From: Camelus ferus
Lineage: Eukaryota
Direction: 5' to 3'
Assembly (NCBI RefSeq): GCF_009834535.1
Contig: NC_045696.1
Location: 14,014,001 to 14,078,000, forward strand
Length of the DNA: 64,000 bases
The notes under the pieces were generated by a model that did not search any database, had not been told where the DNA came from, and worked only from the letters and a program-made list of their open reading frames with translations. The translations under genes were made by a program, and so were the position numbers. This document shows positions 50,141 to 63,150 of the stretch, in pieces. Positions within the stretch are counted from its first letter, which is position 1. Each line of letters begins with the position of its first letter.

Positions 50141-53100
50141 AGCAATCATGTCTTGCATTTTATCAGCTAATTTGCATGAAAACCATGTCATTAGTATTGT
50201 ATTTAGAGGTGTGGCCCTCACATCCATCTCTGTTGGAATTCATTTACTGCTGCCTCTAAATTCTTGAAGGTATGTCGTATACCTTTAATAATTTAAAAAA
50301 AGTTTACTGCCATCCTTAATGTCTATAACCAAGCTTCACGAGTTTGCATAGCTTGAAAGCCACACATTATTTTTTACACTTGCCTTGAAAGAATAACATC
50401 ATTGCTCTACAGACTTAAAAGCGCAGGTGCACAGACTCCAGGTCACGAGGAGATTCTATTACCAAGACTGTCTCGATTTTTGCTTCGGGAGAGAACCCAA
50501 ATGTTCAGATCATTCTGCTTTTGCTTTGTTTTACTTTTTTGACAGGAGTGACATATTTGATTGCAAATAATGTTTTTAGGCTCATCTAGAGCACTGTCAT
50601 TCTTCCTGGTTTGTATGTTTTTATGTGATTACATGGTGTTCAGTTTTATGTGCGTCAACATTTCTTAAACATGAGATGTCTAAAGCACGTTTTCCAGTAA
50701 AAGCTAAGTATGTGTATAATTTTTGTGTGTGTACATGATTGTGTGTTATAGTCAGTGAGACACATGCATATTTGAGTTGTGTAGACTAAATGTGTATGTT
50801 GAGGATATATTTTGTATACTAAGATATAAAACACATGTATCCTTCGTTAATCACGTCTAATACTCCCTTTAAATGATTTCCTGAATAGTTCCTAATAAAA
50901 TCCTAAGTTCAGGAAAAGACTCATCAAGGAGTATTTATCTAATGCTATGAAGATCATGTAAAACATCAATCGTATAATCTGAAAAGTCAATGATATTTTA
51001 AGTTTTGGACTAAGGATTGTAAATTTGTAAATATAATAAGCAAAGCTACATTCTCAGAGTCCTTCCTGGCAAAATAGTCCAGGAGTTGTTTTATTGTTGT
51101 TGTTGTTCCTTTATTACCATACACAATATCCAGTTGCAGTGCTGTTTTGTTAATAAATATGTTTCCATTTATATCTAGTTGTTGCTGATGAGAAAGAATG
51201 ATGATGGTATAAAGACTGATGGTATAAATACAGCAGGAAAGCTTTATTTACTCAGGGAAGGATCAGAGTCTTTATGGGATGGAATAATTAGAGGCATAAC
51301 ACATTAATTTTCTATGGATGGATAGTTTTAAAGACATCTGATATTAAATCTTTAGATCATTTTCTTGACACAATTCTGATAGTGATAATAATTGAAGAAG
51401 ATGAAGATGTATCTTTTTTATTAAATAACTCTATGAACATATTGCTATATGAAAGCTAATCATTCTTTATTTTTTATTGTCCAAGAAGACTGCTTTAATT
51501 TAAATGTACTGTTAAATTGTATTGTCAATGTTAAAACCATGTTTACACAGTGAATGAGAACTGAAATAAGGCAAGGATTCCCACAATTACCTCTATTATG
51601 GATCATCTTTCTGTAGCGAATGTCAATGCACCTGGGAAAGAAAATAGACTGAGAGATGATACAGTGGAATGTAACTATCATTATAAAACTTAAGATATGG
51701 TCACACTTGGAAAACACAAGAAAATCAAATTAACTACCATGGAGAGTACAATTAGATGATAGTTATAAACATTACACAACAATTTTCATGTATACTAACA
51801 AAGGTTTTCAGAAAATAGAATTGAATAATAGTTTATTTCAATCTCTGTAACAATGTCAAATAGAGCAATGGATTTAACAAGAAATGTGCATAACATTGGT
51901 GAAAATCTTTATGGATGGCTATAGAAGATGAATGAATTTAGAGTTATACCATCTATGTTATTGTATGAGAAGATAAAACACAGAAATTATCACAGTCTTT
52001 CCACTGTAATTTATAAATGTGATAGGATTCTAATCAGCATCACCACGTGATTTTTTGGAGAAATCTCCAAAATTATCGTAATATTTATCTGAGTAAAGAA
52101 GATAGTTTTCCACACAAGAACTTTTTCTGTAGATACTAAAATATATTTTAAAAAAACAGCATGGCACCATTGTTAGAATAGTTTATAAGAATACAATAAG
52201 AAGTTCAACTTTATCATTATGCTTATTTCCTAGTATTTTATTTACGAATTTTATAAATATAAAGAATTATTCACATAATAGAATTTTTAGTTATCTTTTG
52301 TGATATCTTTTTTAAATCTAAGTATAAAAATAATGTTAACTTTACATAATGTGTTTTCATGTTGATCTACCTGAACACCTAGGGAAAATACTTTGGAAAG
52401 ATCTATTGAAAATATTTTCACTTACTCCCATAATTATTGGTTGAATTAAAATTTTAATTCCTTTTTGCAATATTTTTTTGAGAAAAGCATGACTTTTATT
52501 CAGGTAGTTTCAGTTTCTTAGCATGTAACCCTAATGCTGTTGTCCTATAATTTGAGGGAAAAAACCCTTCTGTTGCCATTGTTCAATCTTCTTGCTCATA
52601 TTTAATCTCATTCTACACTTAAATACACACACATAAAATTTACATCACAAGATTTTTTCTTAATTTCTCCAGCCTACTGACAATTTATTAACTCTACTCA
52701 TTTTCTATATTCTAATTTCTTTAATGTTTGCTTTAATTTTTATTATTTCTTCTTATGCATTTCTTCTTATGCCTTTTTAGTCTTTTCCTAACTTTTGAAT
52801 TACAGAATATCTCCTTAATTTCACTCTTCCTATTGTAACTGTTAAATAATGAACATATTTAAAGCTCTGCCTATGTTTCATTTTATATATTGAAATACAA
52901 ATTTAGATTTGCATATACAGGTCTCTTATTTTCTAAATATTTTATTGTCTTATTCTTGATTTTTTCTTCCACTCATTACTTAATTAAAGAACACATTTCA
53001 GTAAAGTTTTTATTAAGCTATTCTCTAGTTTTGTAGCATCATGAGTTGATAATACAAACACTATTTTTCTATTTTTGTAAATTATTGAGCTTTTTCTGAA

Positions 53101-55451
53101 GCATAGACTATTTTTACTGTTTTTCTAAATATTCAACAAATTGTCAAAAAGAACTTATGATTTAAGAACATTACTGTTTTTGTATAGCATCAATTGTATT
53201 TTTCATTTCACCTATGTCTATTATTTTTCAATACATAATCGCTCCTAAATTTATAACTTTGTGATGAATTATCTAACACCAGTTGTGTTTCTCTTAAATT
53301 TGCTTATTTCTAATATTTCCCTTCGTATTATTTTAAGCTCTACTCTTTGGTTCACTGTTGACCATAGCTGTTGTAACTTTATTATCAATTGCTCTCTTAT
53401 CAATGTTTTGCAATACATTTGGACTATGTACTACTTTTCCTTTATATTTTGTTTTGTAATACTTTTGCTGCACTTGTTTTCACTCTCTTTTGCCTTTTAT
53501 ATTTTAGGCTATTTTTTCTTTAATATGTATTTACCTTTTTTGTGTTTAAAGCAGATGACCACTACTGTCATCTAGTGGCAGCATACTCCAAATTTGTTGA
53601 ATTATTACTGACTAGATAAATACTATGTTTGCAACAATGAAGTAATAATACTTTAGATATTGTCACAAAGTTCTGGAGGTTATGTATCCTACAATGTACC
53701 AAACCACTAAAAATTGTGGATGTTTTTGTCACAAAGAAAAGTATATGAACACAGCATTTTAAAGATAATTGCAAGAGATGTATGGACAGACAGTAATTAA
53801 CTTAAGGCACATGCAGTTAATAAAAGCTAAGTTAGATGATTTCATAGGCCACACATCTTGTGGCCTCATATGGGACACTCAAATTTCTAAAGTATTAAAG
53901 GATTTCTTTAAATAGCAAAAAACATTAATCTTAACTGTTTCCAATTTCCCTTCACCCACAGACAAAAGGAAGACAGTGGTTCTCTTACATATTATTTAAT
54001 AGTCAACTTTTTGAGTTACACAGTTACTTCTAGAAAGGGCTAAATAGACCAACCATTTGAAAACCAAAGTCAAGATTATTTGAAAGCAAATTCATCTCAT
54101 TTTTTGACAAGCTTACTACTGGACTCTTATTATAGTAATTATGCTAGACAGTAAGAAAGTCTTGACTAGAATCCTAGGCATACGGTGCAAACAGTTCATC
54201 TAGCAGAGTCAAAGTGTTCACTTTGATACGATTTCATAGAGCTTGCCAAAGCTTTAGAGAGGTTCTCCAGTATGTTAGAGTTACGTTAAGGAACACAAGT
54301 ATTCTTCAAGGCAAAGGGAACTTTAATATGAGATTTCAGGTACTTCTAGTCACATTAGGATGATCAAATACAATGTGTAATAAATTTATTAAGTTATCTT
54401 AGTCTTATGTCATTAAACATTCAGTTTATGTAACTTCCTATGTTCTGGTTTTTTGACCCAGAACACAAACTTCTGATTATGTTCAGTCTTGCCATTCCTA
54501 ACAGGAAAAGAATAAGCTGATTATATTGAGTTTAAGTCCTTTGGCCATTCTGACAGTGACTTCTTGGTGTAAATGAACAAATTGGCTTCTCATTATGATT
54601 CCATTCCCCATATGAAATAGAGATAATGTGGAGATAAAATGGGCTTTGGGTATTTCCATTTCCCTGTAACAGTAATTTGTCTCTGCAAGTTAATAAAATA
54701 ATCTGATTATAATTTGAATTTCCATGTAGGTTAACTATGAGGAGAATTCACAAATCAGGCAAACTCAAGCATAACATTTCCTGCAACAATTATTTCTTTT
54801 CATATATTAATGAGTTGACTTTATGTTTTACAGATGATCCACTTGAACTTGTTAATGTTAATCGGCCCCTGAGAAGTGGAATTATTTTCAATGTACTAAG
54901 TGAACCAAATCATCTAACCGAGCCCACCAGCTGAAGAGCTAGACTTTGGAGAGGAATAAATTTCTCAGAGCAATTAATGTTTTCCTAAGAGATTTCTGAC
55001 AATTTGACTTTTTCTCCTTGGAATATTCTAGATACCTCTTTCTATCCTCTATGAGCTGAGAAGAATCCATTACTGAATGAAATATCTTTTGTCAACATAC
55101 AGCTGGGGCTAAACCACATACTTATTGTTACTCCAGGAAACATATTTACCCAGTCCATTTTTAATGCACTTACTAAGCAATATTCTGGGCTACCCTAGAC
55201 AGATGAGCATGAAGACATATATAATCTATGACAGCAGTGGCCCTCGGACATGCCTCAGTGATGCACTCCACTACCTCAGCTTCCATGGTAACCACAGATT
55301 GTTTCTGCTCCTATTATTACAAGCTTCTCTGATGCATTAGTAGGTTAAATAGTGTATTTTGCTCTGCAACTGGCTGTCTTTGCTTAATTCATGAAGTTTA
55401 TCTTATCTCTCTTTACCGTTTTTTTACCCCGTAAACTATCCAACACCTTTT

Positions 55452-55861
55452 TTTTCTTTTTTTTTTTTTTAAGTTGAGAATTATGTTTTATTTGGCAGAC
55501 ATTTCTGAGGACTCGAACCCCTTTGAGCCCGGGATGACAGACTCTCAGATGGCTCTGAGGGACTGCTCCAAAGAGGTAGGGGAGGAGCCAGGATATGTAA
55601 GAGTTTTACAGCAAAGACCAGATAGTTGGAACATTAAAAGATTACTTGTTAACTAAAGAAAACCAGACATCTCAAGTTAAAGAATTTAGTGCTTTTCCAT
55701 GTATGAGAGGAAGCAAACATTTGGGCTCATTGAATTTATTCCTTTGACAAGCACCCAGCTGTCTAGGGCCAGTGTCCTGTCCCTTCTTATTCTGAGTCCC
55801 CTCAGAGTGCACCATTGTGAGTGGCTGCAGAGGCAGGGCTGCAGGCTTGTCTTCCCTGGGG
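55452..55861 (-). mobile_element. Polyadenylated, 5'-truncated ERV LTR (U3-R) retrocopy
   Basis: LTR homology stops 16 nt after AATAAA (55487-55492) and runs into poly(A) (55452-55470); 12-bp TSD CCAACACCTTTT (55440-55451, 55862-55873). Confidence 0.85.
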
Positions 55862-56210
55862 CCAACACCTTTTATGTTAAACATTTGAAATTTCTTCCTT
55901 ATACTCAAATGCATAGATGCCTTTGATACTGTAACCTGAAAATCTGTCCCATGCCAGTATCCTGGCAGCCTGAGACAGTTCTCATACAAATAGTAATGGA
56001 AAAGTAAAACCTACCCTGCATCAGCAACATTGGTGCAGTTGTTAGTTCTGAATTTTCTTTAGATCTTTCCTCTTAGACCAAAAGTCAATTGATCCAAAGT
56101 CTGCAGTATTACAGTGTTATGAATGCAATCCTCATATTTTTAAATAAAAGAAAAAACCTATAACAGAAAACAGTGACCTTCATAAAATTCCACTAATAAT
56201 GGCTTCCCAC

Positions 56211-56703
56211 TGTCGACTGAAATAAACGCGCAGCCTAGAAGTTAAGAGTTGTATTTTATTTGGCGGGAGGACTCGAGCCGGGATGACAGCCTCTCAGATG
56301 GCTCTGAGGGACTGCTCCAAGAGGTAGGGGAGGGGCTAGGACATATAGGAGCTTTACAACAAAGACCAGGTAGTTGGAACAATAAAAGATTACTTGTTAT
56401 CTAAAGAAAACCAGGCATCTCCAGTTAAAGAATTTAGTGCTTTTCTACGTATGGGAGGAAGCGAACATTTGGGCTCACTGAATTCATTCCTTTGACAAGC
56501 ACCTAGCTGTCTAGGGCCAGTATCCTGTCCTTTCTTATTCTGAGTCCCTTCAGAGTGCACCGTTGTGAGTGGCTGCAGAGGCCGGGCTGCAGGCCTGTCC
56601 CCACTGGGGGGCGGCAGCAGCCACTGATGGCTTGGGTTCAGCATTCTTTGTTTACTGATATGGTTGCAATATTTTCACTCACATTGCAGTATTTTCGTTC
56701 ACA
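56211..56703 (-). mobile_element. ERV1-type solo LTR
   Basis: TG...CA termini, TSD CCAC (56207-56210, 56704-56707). Confidence 0.92.
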
Positions 56704-57407
56704 CCACTCAACTGGGACATAAAATGCTTGAATTCCTGGTATTCGTTTAGAAATTTAACCTAGAATCAGTGGGATGAGTTAGTTGTCTGAATTTAGTGGG
56801 AGAAACAAAATTTATACAGGATCCTTCAGCGTCATGCTCACATTTTTTTCACGTAGAATTCTCTAAAATATATCCTGGGTGCATTCAAAGGAGCAGAATT
56901 AAAACATCTGGACTATGACATCTTCTCCAACCACAAAAGGATTAAATGACAGATGAGTTCTTTGTAGTTACGCCACCTGTCATTGTTGAGGACTCTGACA
57001 AGAATCAGTTTTCTGTTATTCTTATAATTACAGAAAAATAAAACCTGACTTCAGGGAGTTTTCGTTCTCACATTACATTCTCTTTACTGGGTAGATGTCA
57101 TTTACTCCCTTGTACTGTATATTATGAACACTCATGGAAGTATGTTTTGTCAGATCTCAGGACCAGACACAGTATCATTTGAGAATCAGATTTACTTTTA
57201 TCCTATGGACACTAAATCATATAATTAATTTCTATGACAGCTACCAGAAAATATACAGCCAAAGTCATGGATCATTCTTAGAAAACCAAGCAACCAAAAA
57301 ACTTCAAAGTATACAATGTATGTAATAATCATAAGAACTCAGTCTAAGGATACCTTTGAACCCATTTATCTCTGAACCTATGATTTTACTTTTAAGTTTC
57401 TTTATAC

Positions 57408-57893
57408 TGTGAACAAAAATACTGCAATGTGATTGAAAGTACTGCAAACATATCAGTAAACAAAGAATGCTGAACCCAAGTCATCAGCGGCTGCCACCAC
57501 CCCCCAGTGGGGACAGGCCTGCAGCCCGGCCTCTGCAGCCACTCACAATGGTGCCCCCTGAGGGGACTCAGAGTAAGAAAAGAGAGGAAACTGGCCCTAG
57601 GTGCTTGTCAAAGGAATGAATTCAATGGGCCCAAATGCTTGCTTCCTCCCATGCATAGAAAAACACTAAATTCTTTAACTGGAGATGCCTGGTATTCTTT
57701 AGTTGATAAGTAATCTTTTAATGTTCCAACTACCTAGTCTTTGTTGTAAAGCCCCTATATATCCTAGCTCCTCCCCTATCTCTTCGGAGCAGTCCCTCAG
57801 AGCAACCTGAGAGGCTGTCATCCCGGCTCAAGTACTCCCGCCAAATAAAACATAACTCTTAACTTTTAGGCTGCGCATTTATTTCAGTTGACA
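57408..57893 (+). mobile_element. ERV1-type solo LTR
   Basis: TG...CA termini, TSD ATAC (57404-57407, 57894-57897), TATATA near 57756, AATAAA 57844-57849. Confidence 0.92.
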
Positions 57894-60479
57894 ATACCTT
57901 CCAACTTATGTCTAGTTTAAACAATGGCAAATATATTCTCATCTACAACATGCAAAACTTTAGAATGTCAACTTCATCCACTAGATTGGACAAACTCAAT
58001 GGATAACTTCCGTTATATTTAGAATTTGGTGTTTTACCTTCATGTAACCTTTATACATTTGAGGTAATTTTATTTTGGTTTCTGACATAAAAGTTTTTCA
58101 ATCTTAGTTTTCATTAAATGTAGTCTAATTTTGACATAATTATGGAGTTAATATGCTTCATTTTCACTCCTGTTCATAATCCAAGGCCAAATGTGATATC
58201 TGTGTTTCATATTTTTGTTTCCTTTGGGGATTTATTAGGTTGTGATTTTGTGTTTATTTATTGTTGGTTGTATTTGTATGTTCCATACACCATATATTGG
58301 ATTATCTAGATAATATTTGAATCTAAGGGGGGGATAGAAGACAGAAAACTTGAAGGCACTTGAGATTTCATATCAAAGACACAGAAAAATAAAGTTCTTA
58401 ATACAGAAAGCTGGAGAGATTAGCTTTTAATAAGTTTAAGAAACCATCCTCTTTGAAATAGAAGGAAGTATAAAAGGCCCACAGGACTATAAGAATCCTA
58501 CTAGATGAGACAAAACCCACTGTTCAGTTTTCCTCTGATAGAGGACCATTCCTGACAGAGAGCTCAAATGCAAAAAATGTTTAATAAATTAATAGCAGAA
58601 TTCATTAAATGTGACAATAAGGGAAGACCTTCTACCTAAGGCAGTATCATCCACCCAGGTTGAATCCAGTAAGTTGATTTAGTCTATCCAACTTCTGTTT
58701 CCTTCATTTAAACAATTCAGCATGTCCACATGGTATCATCCTGACATCCTAACATGACAACACTCTGTTATGATTATTTGCTTATATTCTTGTCTCACAT
58801 AAGAGACTACGGACTACTTCAGGGCACGGGCCCTGTATTACCCATCCCTTTACCCCATTGTCTCACAAGTCCTCTGACACATAGTAGATATTTAAATATT
58901 TGTGGAATGGAATTAATAGAACAATTAATAGAAGAATAAATAAATAAATTTTCATAAGAAGTTTATTAATTTCTTAGAATGTTTTTAGGCAAAGAGAATT
59001 TGTATTGGATAATTTGTATTAACTAATTACTGTTGTAAATTCTACCAGTTCAATCACATACCTACAATGAGATTATTTTCCTTGGTTAAAGGCCATAGGT
59101 ACCCAGAATCCAAATTTTAATCCATCACCAATTTTCACAGTATCACGTGTCATCTACTAACTTTATTTTGAGTACTTTGTTAATAATATCTGAGATCAGA
59201 GAATCAGTTTACAGTTTAGAGAACATATTCTTTTGAGATACAAGGGGAAACATTCAAAGCATCGTCTGACAAACAGTTTTGCTGTCTTTGGACCAGAATT
59301 GTTCCACAACCAAAAGATTAATCTCCCCTCTTATATATATTAACAGGTATTGATTAGTGGCATTAATTCTACCTATGTGACCTAATCTTTTCAGACATTT
59401 AAGGATTCATCAAAGACCTAAGTGGCCAATATCCTTATGAGACAGTGATATGCATATAATTTATATTTGGGAATCTAGTAATGCTGACAATACTATGTCA
59501 GTCAAAGGCATCATTGTTACTGTTGTGAGTGTGTTACAGTAATTTTTCATCTGGATAATAACACATCTAGATAAAAGTATTGCCTCATGCTCCTGGATCT
59601 TATTACCAGGAGGAAAGCAAGAAACAGGTAGTTGGGTAGTGGTATTTAAACAGCTTAGACACTTCAGTAAGCTTTAAGTATACTTACATAAAAATCACCA
59701 GAGAAATATTGTTTCACAGATTTTATAAAAAATAAGACAATTTCCTTTAAAAAATATGTCTTAGTATTTTAAGGTGACTAAAAACTGACAAAAAAAAATA
59801 CATGCCCAAGAGCAAGAGAAATATAATTATCACCATTTATCAGTTCAATCATTTTACTCTAATCTGTTTTCTGTTAATTTTTTAAAGAAATATTTCATCT
59901 GATTTTAACATTCTGGTCAGAGCACAGATTTCTGTTCAACCTACTTACTATATTTATATCCCCAACTTTTGCTAAGCATAGTTCTGTCTTGCAAACACTT
60001 TCCGTCCAGAGGCTTCCTCACTATAAGGCTTTGCTGGAAAGTATTCATAGAGCCCTTTCAGCCTGCCATTGCCTTCAGCAACCTTAATGACAAGGCAGCT
60101 CATGCTGGCAAAAAAAAAAAAAGAAAGAAAAGTGATGTCTTGATTTAAGAGGTAGGACGTGTGAGACATCAGACATATATGTGTGGTATATTGTTTACAA
60201 ATATAAGATCACTAGCATAGCTTTTTGTGCATCCCATAAAACTGCAGTTCTATGATATTCCCCCACCAGTGATGTATCAAACCTACACTCATCTGTCAGT
60301 TGGCATGGAAGTGGTGGTTGTAGAGCTAACATCCAGAACAATGTATCTCGCTATTCCACTGGCTTTGAACTGACTAAAAACCTTTATCAATGTCCAGAAC
60401 TGTTGCGGACCTAACATCTGTTGGGCACTATTTTGTTATCTTATCTTATTAAAATGTCACCAAATCTAAAGAGATAGAC

Positions 60480-60625
60480 ATACCTCCAACTTAGCATATC
60501 AAACAATTTAGACACAGAAAGATTGAGTAATTGGTCAAAAGGTCACATAAGCAGTAAATAGAAGAGTGATAGTTCAAATTCGATTCTGCCCAGGTACATG
60601 GTTCTGACTTTGCTTTCTTTTGTTT
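60480..60625. mobile_element. MIR fragment
   Basis: GACACAGAAAGATTGAGTAATTGGTCAAAAGGTCACATAAGCAGTAAATAG resembles the MIR core. Confidence 0.6.
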
Positions 60626-61309
60626 TGTATTTTTACTACCATTGAGAACACTTCCTCTTCCCCTGGGAAAATGAAGAATTGAAATATTTGGTTTTTTTCC
60701 CCCAACACACTTCTTTGGACCCCATATGATCATAACATGTCTGGAAATTTACTCCACTAACCATTTACAAAGATTAAAATTGGAGCAACTGCTAGATGTT
60801 TTACCAAAGTCATCCCACAAAGGCACACTAAAAGTCACCCTTAGATAAGGGAGTACCACTCCAGGTGTGAGTAAACAAGCAAGCTGACCAGCTATAGAAC
60901 CATCAAACACATCGCATAGTTTTTGTAATCCTCTGATTGAGCTGAAGAGCAATAGCCAAAAGAATGTGGTATATAAAATACAAATTACAGTCATGGAGGA
61001 GTTCCATATTAAATGATGTAACAGAGCTGAAGACTGACAGAAAAGAGCCTAGGGCCAAGAGTCAGGGTGTGTGAAGGGAAATAGAGCTTCTGTTTTGGAC
61101 TGAAGCACTGGTTTTGCTATGACTAAATGAGATTTAAAGTATATCACGATTAGAGATAATGTCAATTACTGCAGGACTATGTGGAGCCCAGTTCTTAGCA
61201 ACGTATGTTCTGTGGAAAACAATTTTTCTTCATACACTGGTATTTTCAGCTGAGTCATCGTCATCATCTTCATCATCTATATCCACAAATATAATACGCA
61301 TATAATTTT

Positions 61310-63150
61310 ATTCTTTTGTTAACTCATTTACTTAGGAGTCAGACCTCTGTTATAGAAACTCTGCTAAGTGCTGACAATATAGAAATAAACTGGGCAAGAT
61401 AAGACACTTAAAGAATGCATAGTCATATATATAATGCTTGAAAAACCATGTTGTTTTGTATATCTGTGCCTTTTATACGCTATTTCCTCTACCTGGAATG
61501 CCCTCCCATCTTGTTTTTATCTGGCTGCCTCATCATTGTCATAGAAAACTCAGTCTGTGTGTCCCTACCTCTGGGTGACTTACCTTACCATCAGCCTGAT
61601 GTATGTCTTTTGTGCTCCCATGATACCCCTGTGGCCACCTCTCTCAGAGCACTTACGTATAATGTAGACCCACCTCTCTGTCTAATTCTCTAAGCTCCAA
61701 GCTCCTTTAAGATAGAGAGTGTGTCTTACTTCATTTTTTATCACACCTGTCCAGTTTATATAATTTGTATGAATTAATAAATCCTATTGAATTAGAACTA
61801 AAATAAATAGCTATGAAATAGAAAGAAAAAGAAAGTTCAGGATTCTGTGGGTGCTGAGTGGAGAGCCCATCTAGGTCTGCCTGACGTGACTAAGTAGGTT
61901 GTGTGGGAGGCAGACAAGGAAACTCAGATGATGTGCTGCTCAAGTTGAGACCTAAAAGTTGATTTAGATACAGGCTGGCAGACAGATGGCAGAGGCATTA
62001 CCACAGATGGCATGAGTTATCCATAGACAAGAAGGTCTAAGAATGCTTGTGACGATCAGCAAATTATAAGCAGAGAAAACAGGGTAAAACAGCTATTGGT
62101 ATATGAGGGAATGGCTGGAAATGGCATTAGACACTAACCTGAGAATGGTATTATGAAAGAATTTTGTTTTGCTTATGAAATTAGATTTTTGTGTATTCAG
62201 TGATGGAGCCAAACACCAAGGGCAGACTTCCAGCTGCCAAAAGGACAGCCTTACAAGTAGACTGGTTAGAAGCAGTTTAAAGTCAAGATAATCAAGTCAG
62301 GAAAAGCATATAATGAAAACCAAGGAAAGAAGTGGTTATCAGTGCCAAATGCCACAAAACATAGAAGACAAACACGAGATGCATCAAAGATACTAGGTAT
62401 GTAATAGGTTGTTGGTGACTTGAGCAAGAGGAGACAGGTTAGAGTGGATTAAAACTGAATGAAAGGCACCAGAGAAAACCATTTTAAATCTTAAATATAA
62501 AAGAAGTTGAGAAAAAAATCTGGCCAGGGATGATCTGATGTTGAGACAGGCTTTTAAATATCAAAAGACTTGACTGTGTTTATAGACTAAAGGGAAAGTG
62601 TCAGTGGAAAAGAAGAAGCTGAAAATACAGTAGACAGAAGGGATAATTTATCAAACAAGTGTTGAAGGAGATGGCATTTAAAGCAAAGTGGAAGAATGAT
62701 TTTTTTGGACAGGAAGGGAGGACATGGTTTCCTCTGAGACAAAGATAAAAGGCTAAAAGACAGGTGCAAATGTAGATAAGTGTGTGGGAAGGGAGTTGAC
62801 AGAGTTTTCCGCTGATAGATTCCCTTTTCTCCATGAAACAAGCAAGAGTTACAGACAGAGGAGGGCAGAGGCAGACGTAAGCTCTGAGCAAGAGGCTTTC
62901 ATGATACTGGAGAAGGGTCGGCGTAGCGGCTGGAAAAGTAAGAAAGAATGAGACCTGAGAAGGAGTGAAAGGATTCTCAAGTAGCACTGAGGACTCGGCC
63001 ACAATGAGAATGCTGAAAATGTGGTGGTGGCACCAATCCATGCGGTTCTGGGATTTTTCCCCAACAGCTCTTAGGAGCCTGAGTTTGGAGTAGAGAAGAC
63101 ATGAATTAATGCACAGATGAGAATTTACAGAGTAGAAATATAGAAGGAGA
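61310..63150. mobile_element. Degenerate L2 fragments in both orientations
   Basis: L2 motifs TTCCTCTACCTGGAATGCCCTCCC, AGTGCCAAATGCCACA, GTTGGTGACTTGAGCAAGAG. Confidence 0.6.

Noticed and set aside
55672..57713. Similar 60-105 aa ORFs recurring three times
   Set aside because: Incidental frames inside homologous LTR copies
56211..57893. Two LTRs as the ends of one provirus or a DNA transposon
   Set aside because: Inverted orientation, separate TSDs and no internal coding sequence
59972..60994. Scattered claudin-like (minus) or KAP13-like (plus) peptide hints
   Set aside because: Motif spacing does not fit either family and needs many frameshifts; likely chance. tBLASTn with CLDN8/CLDN17/KRTAP13 would settle it
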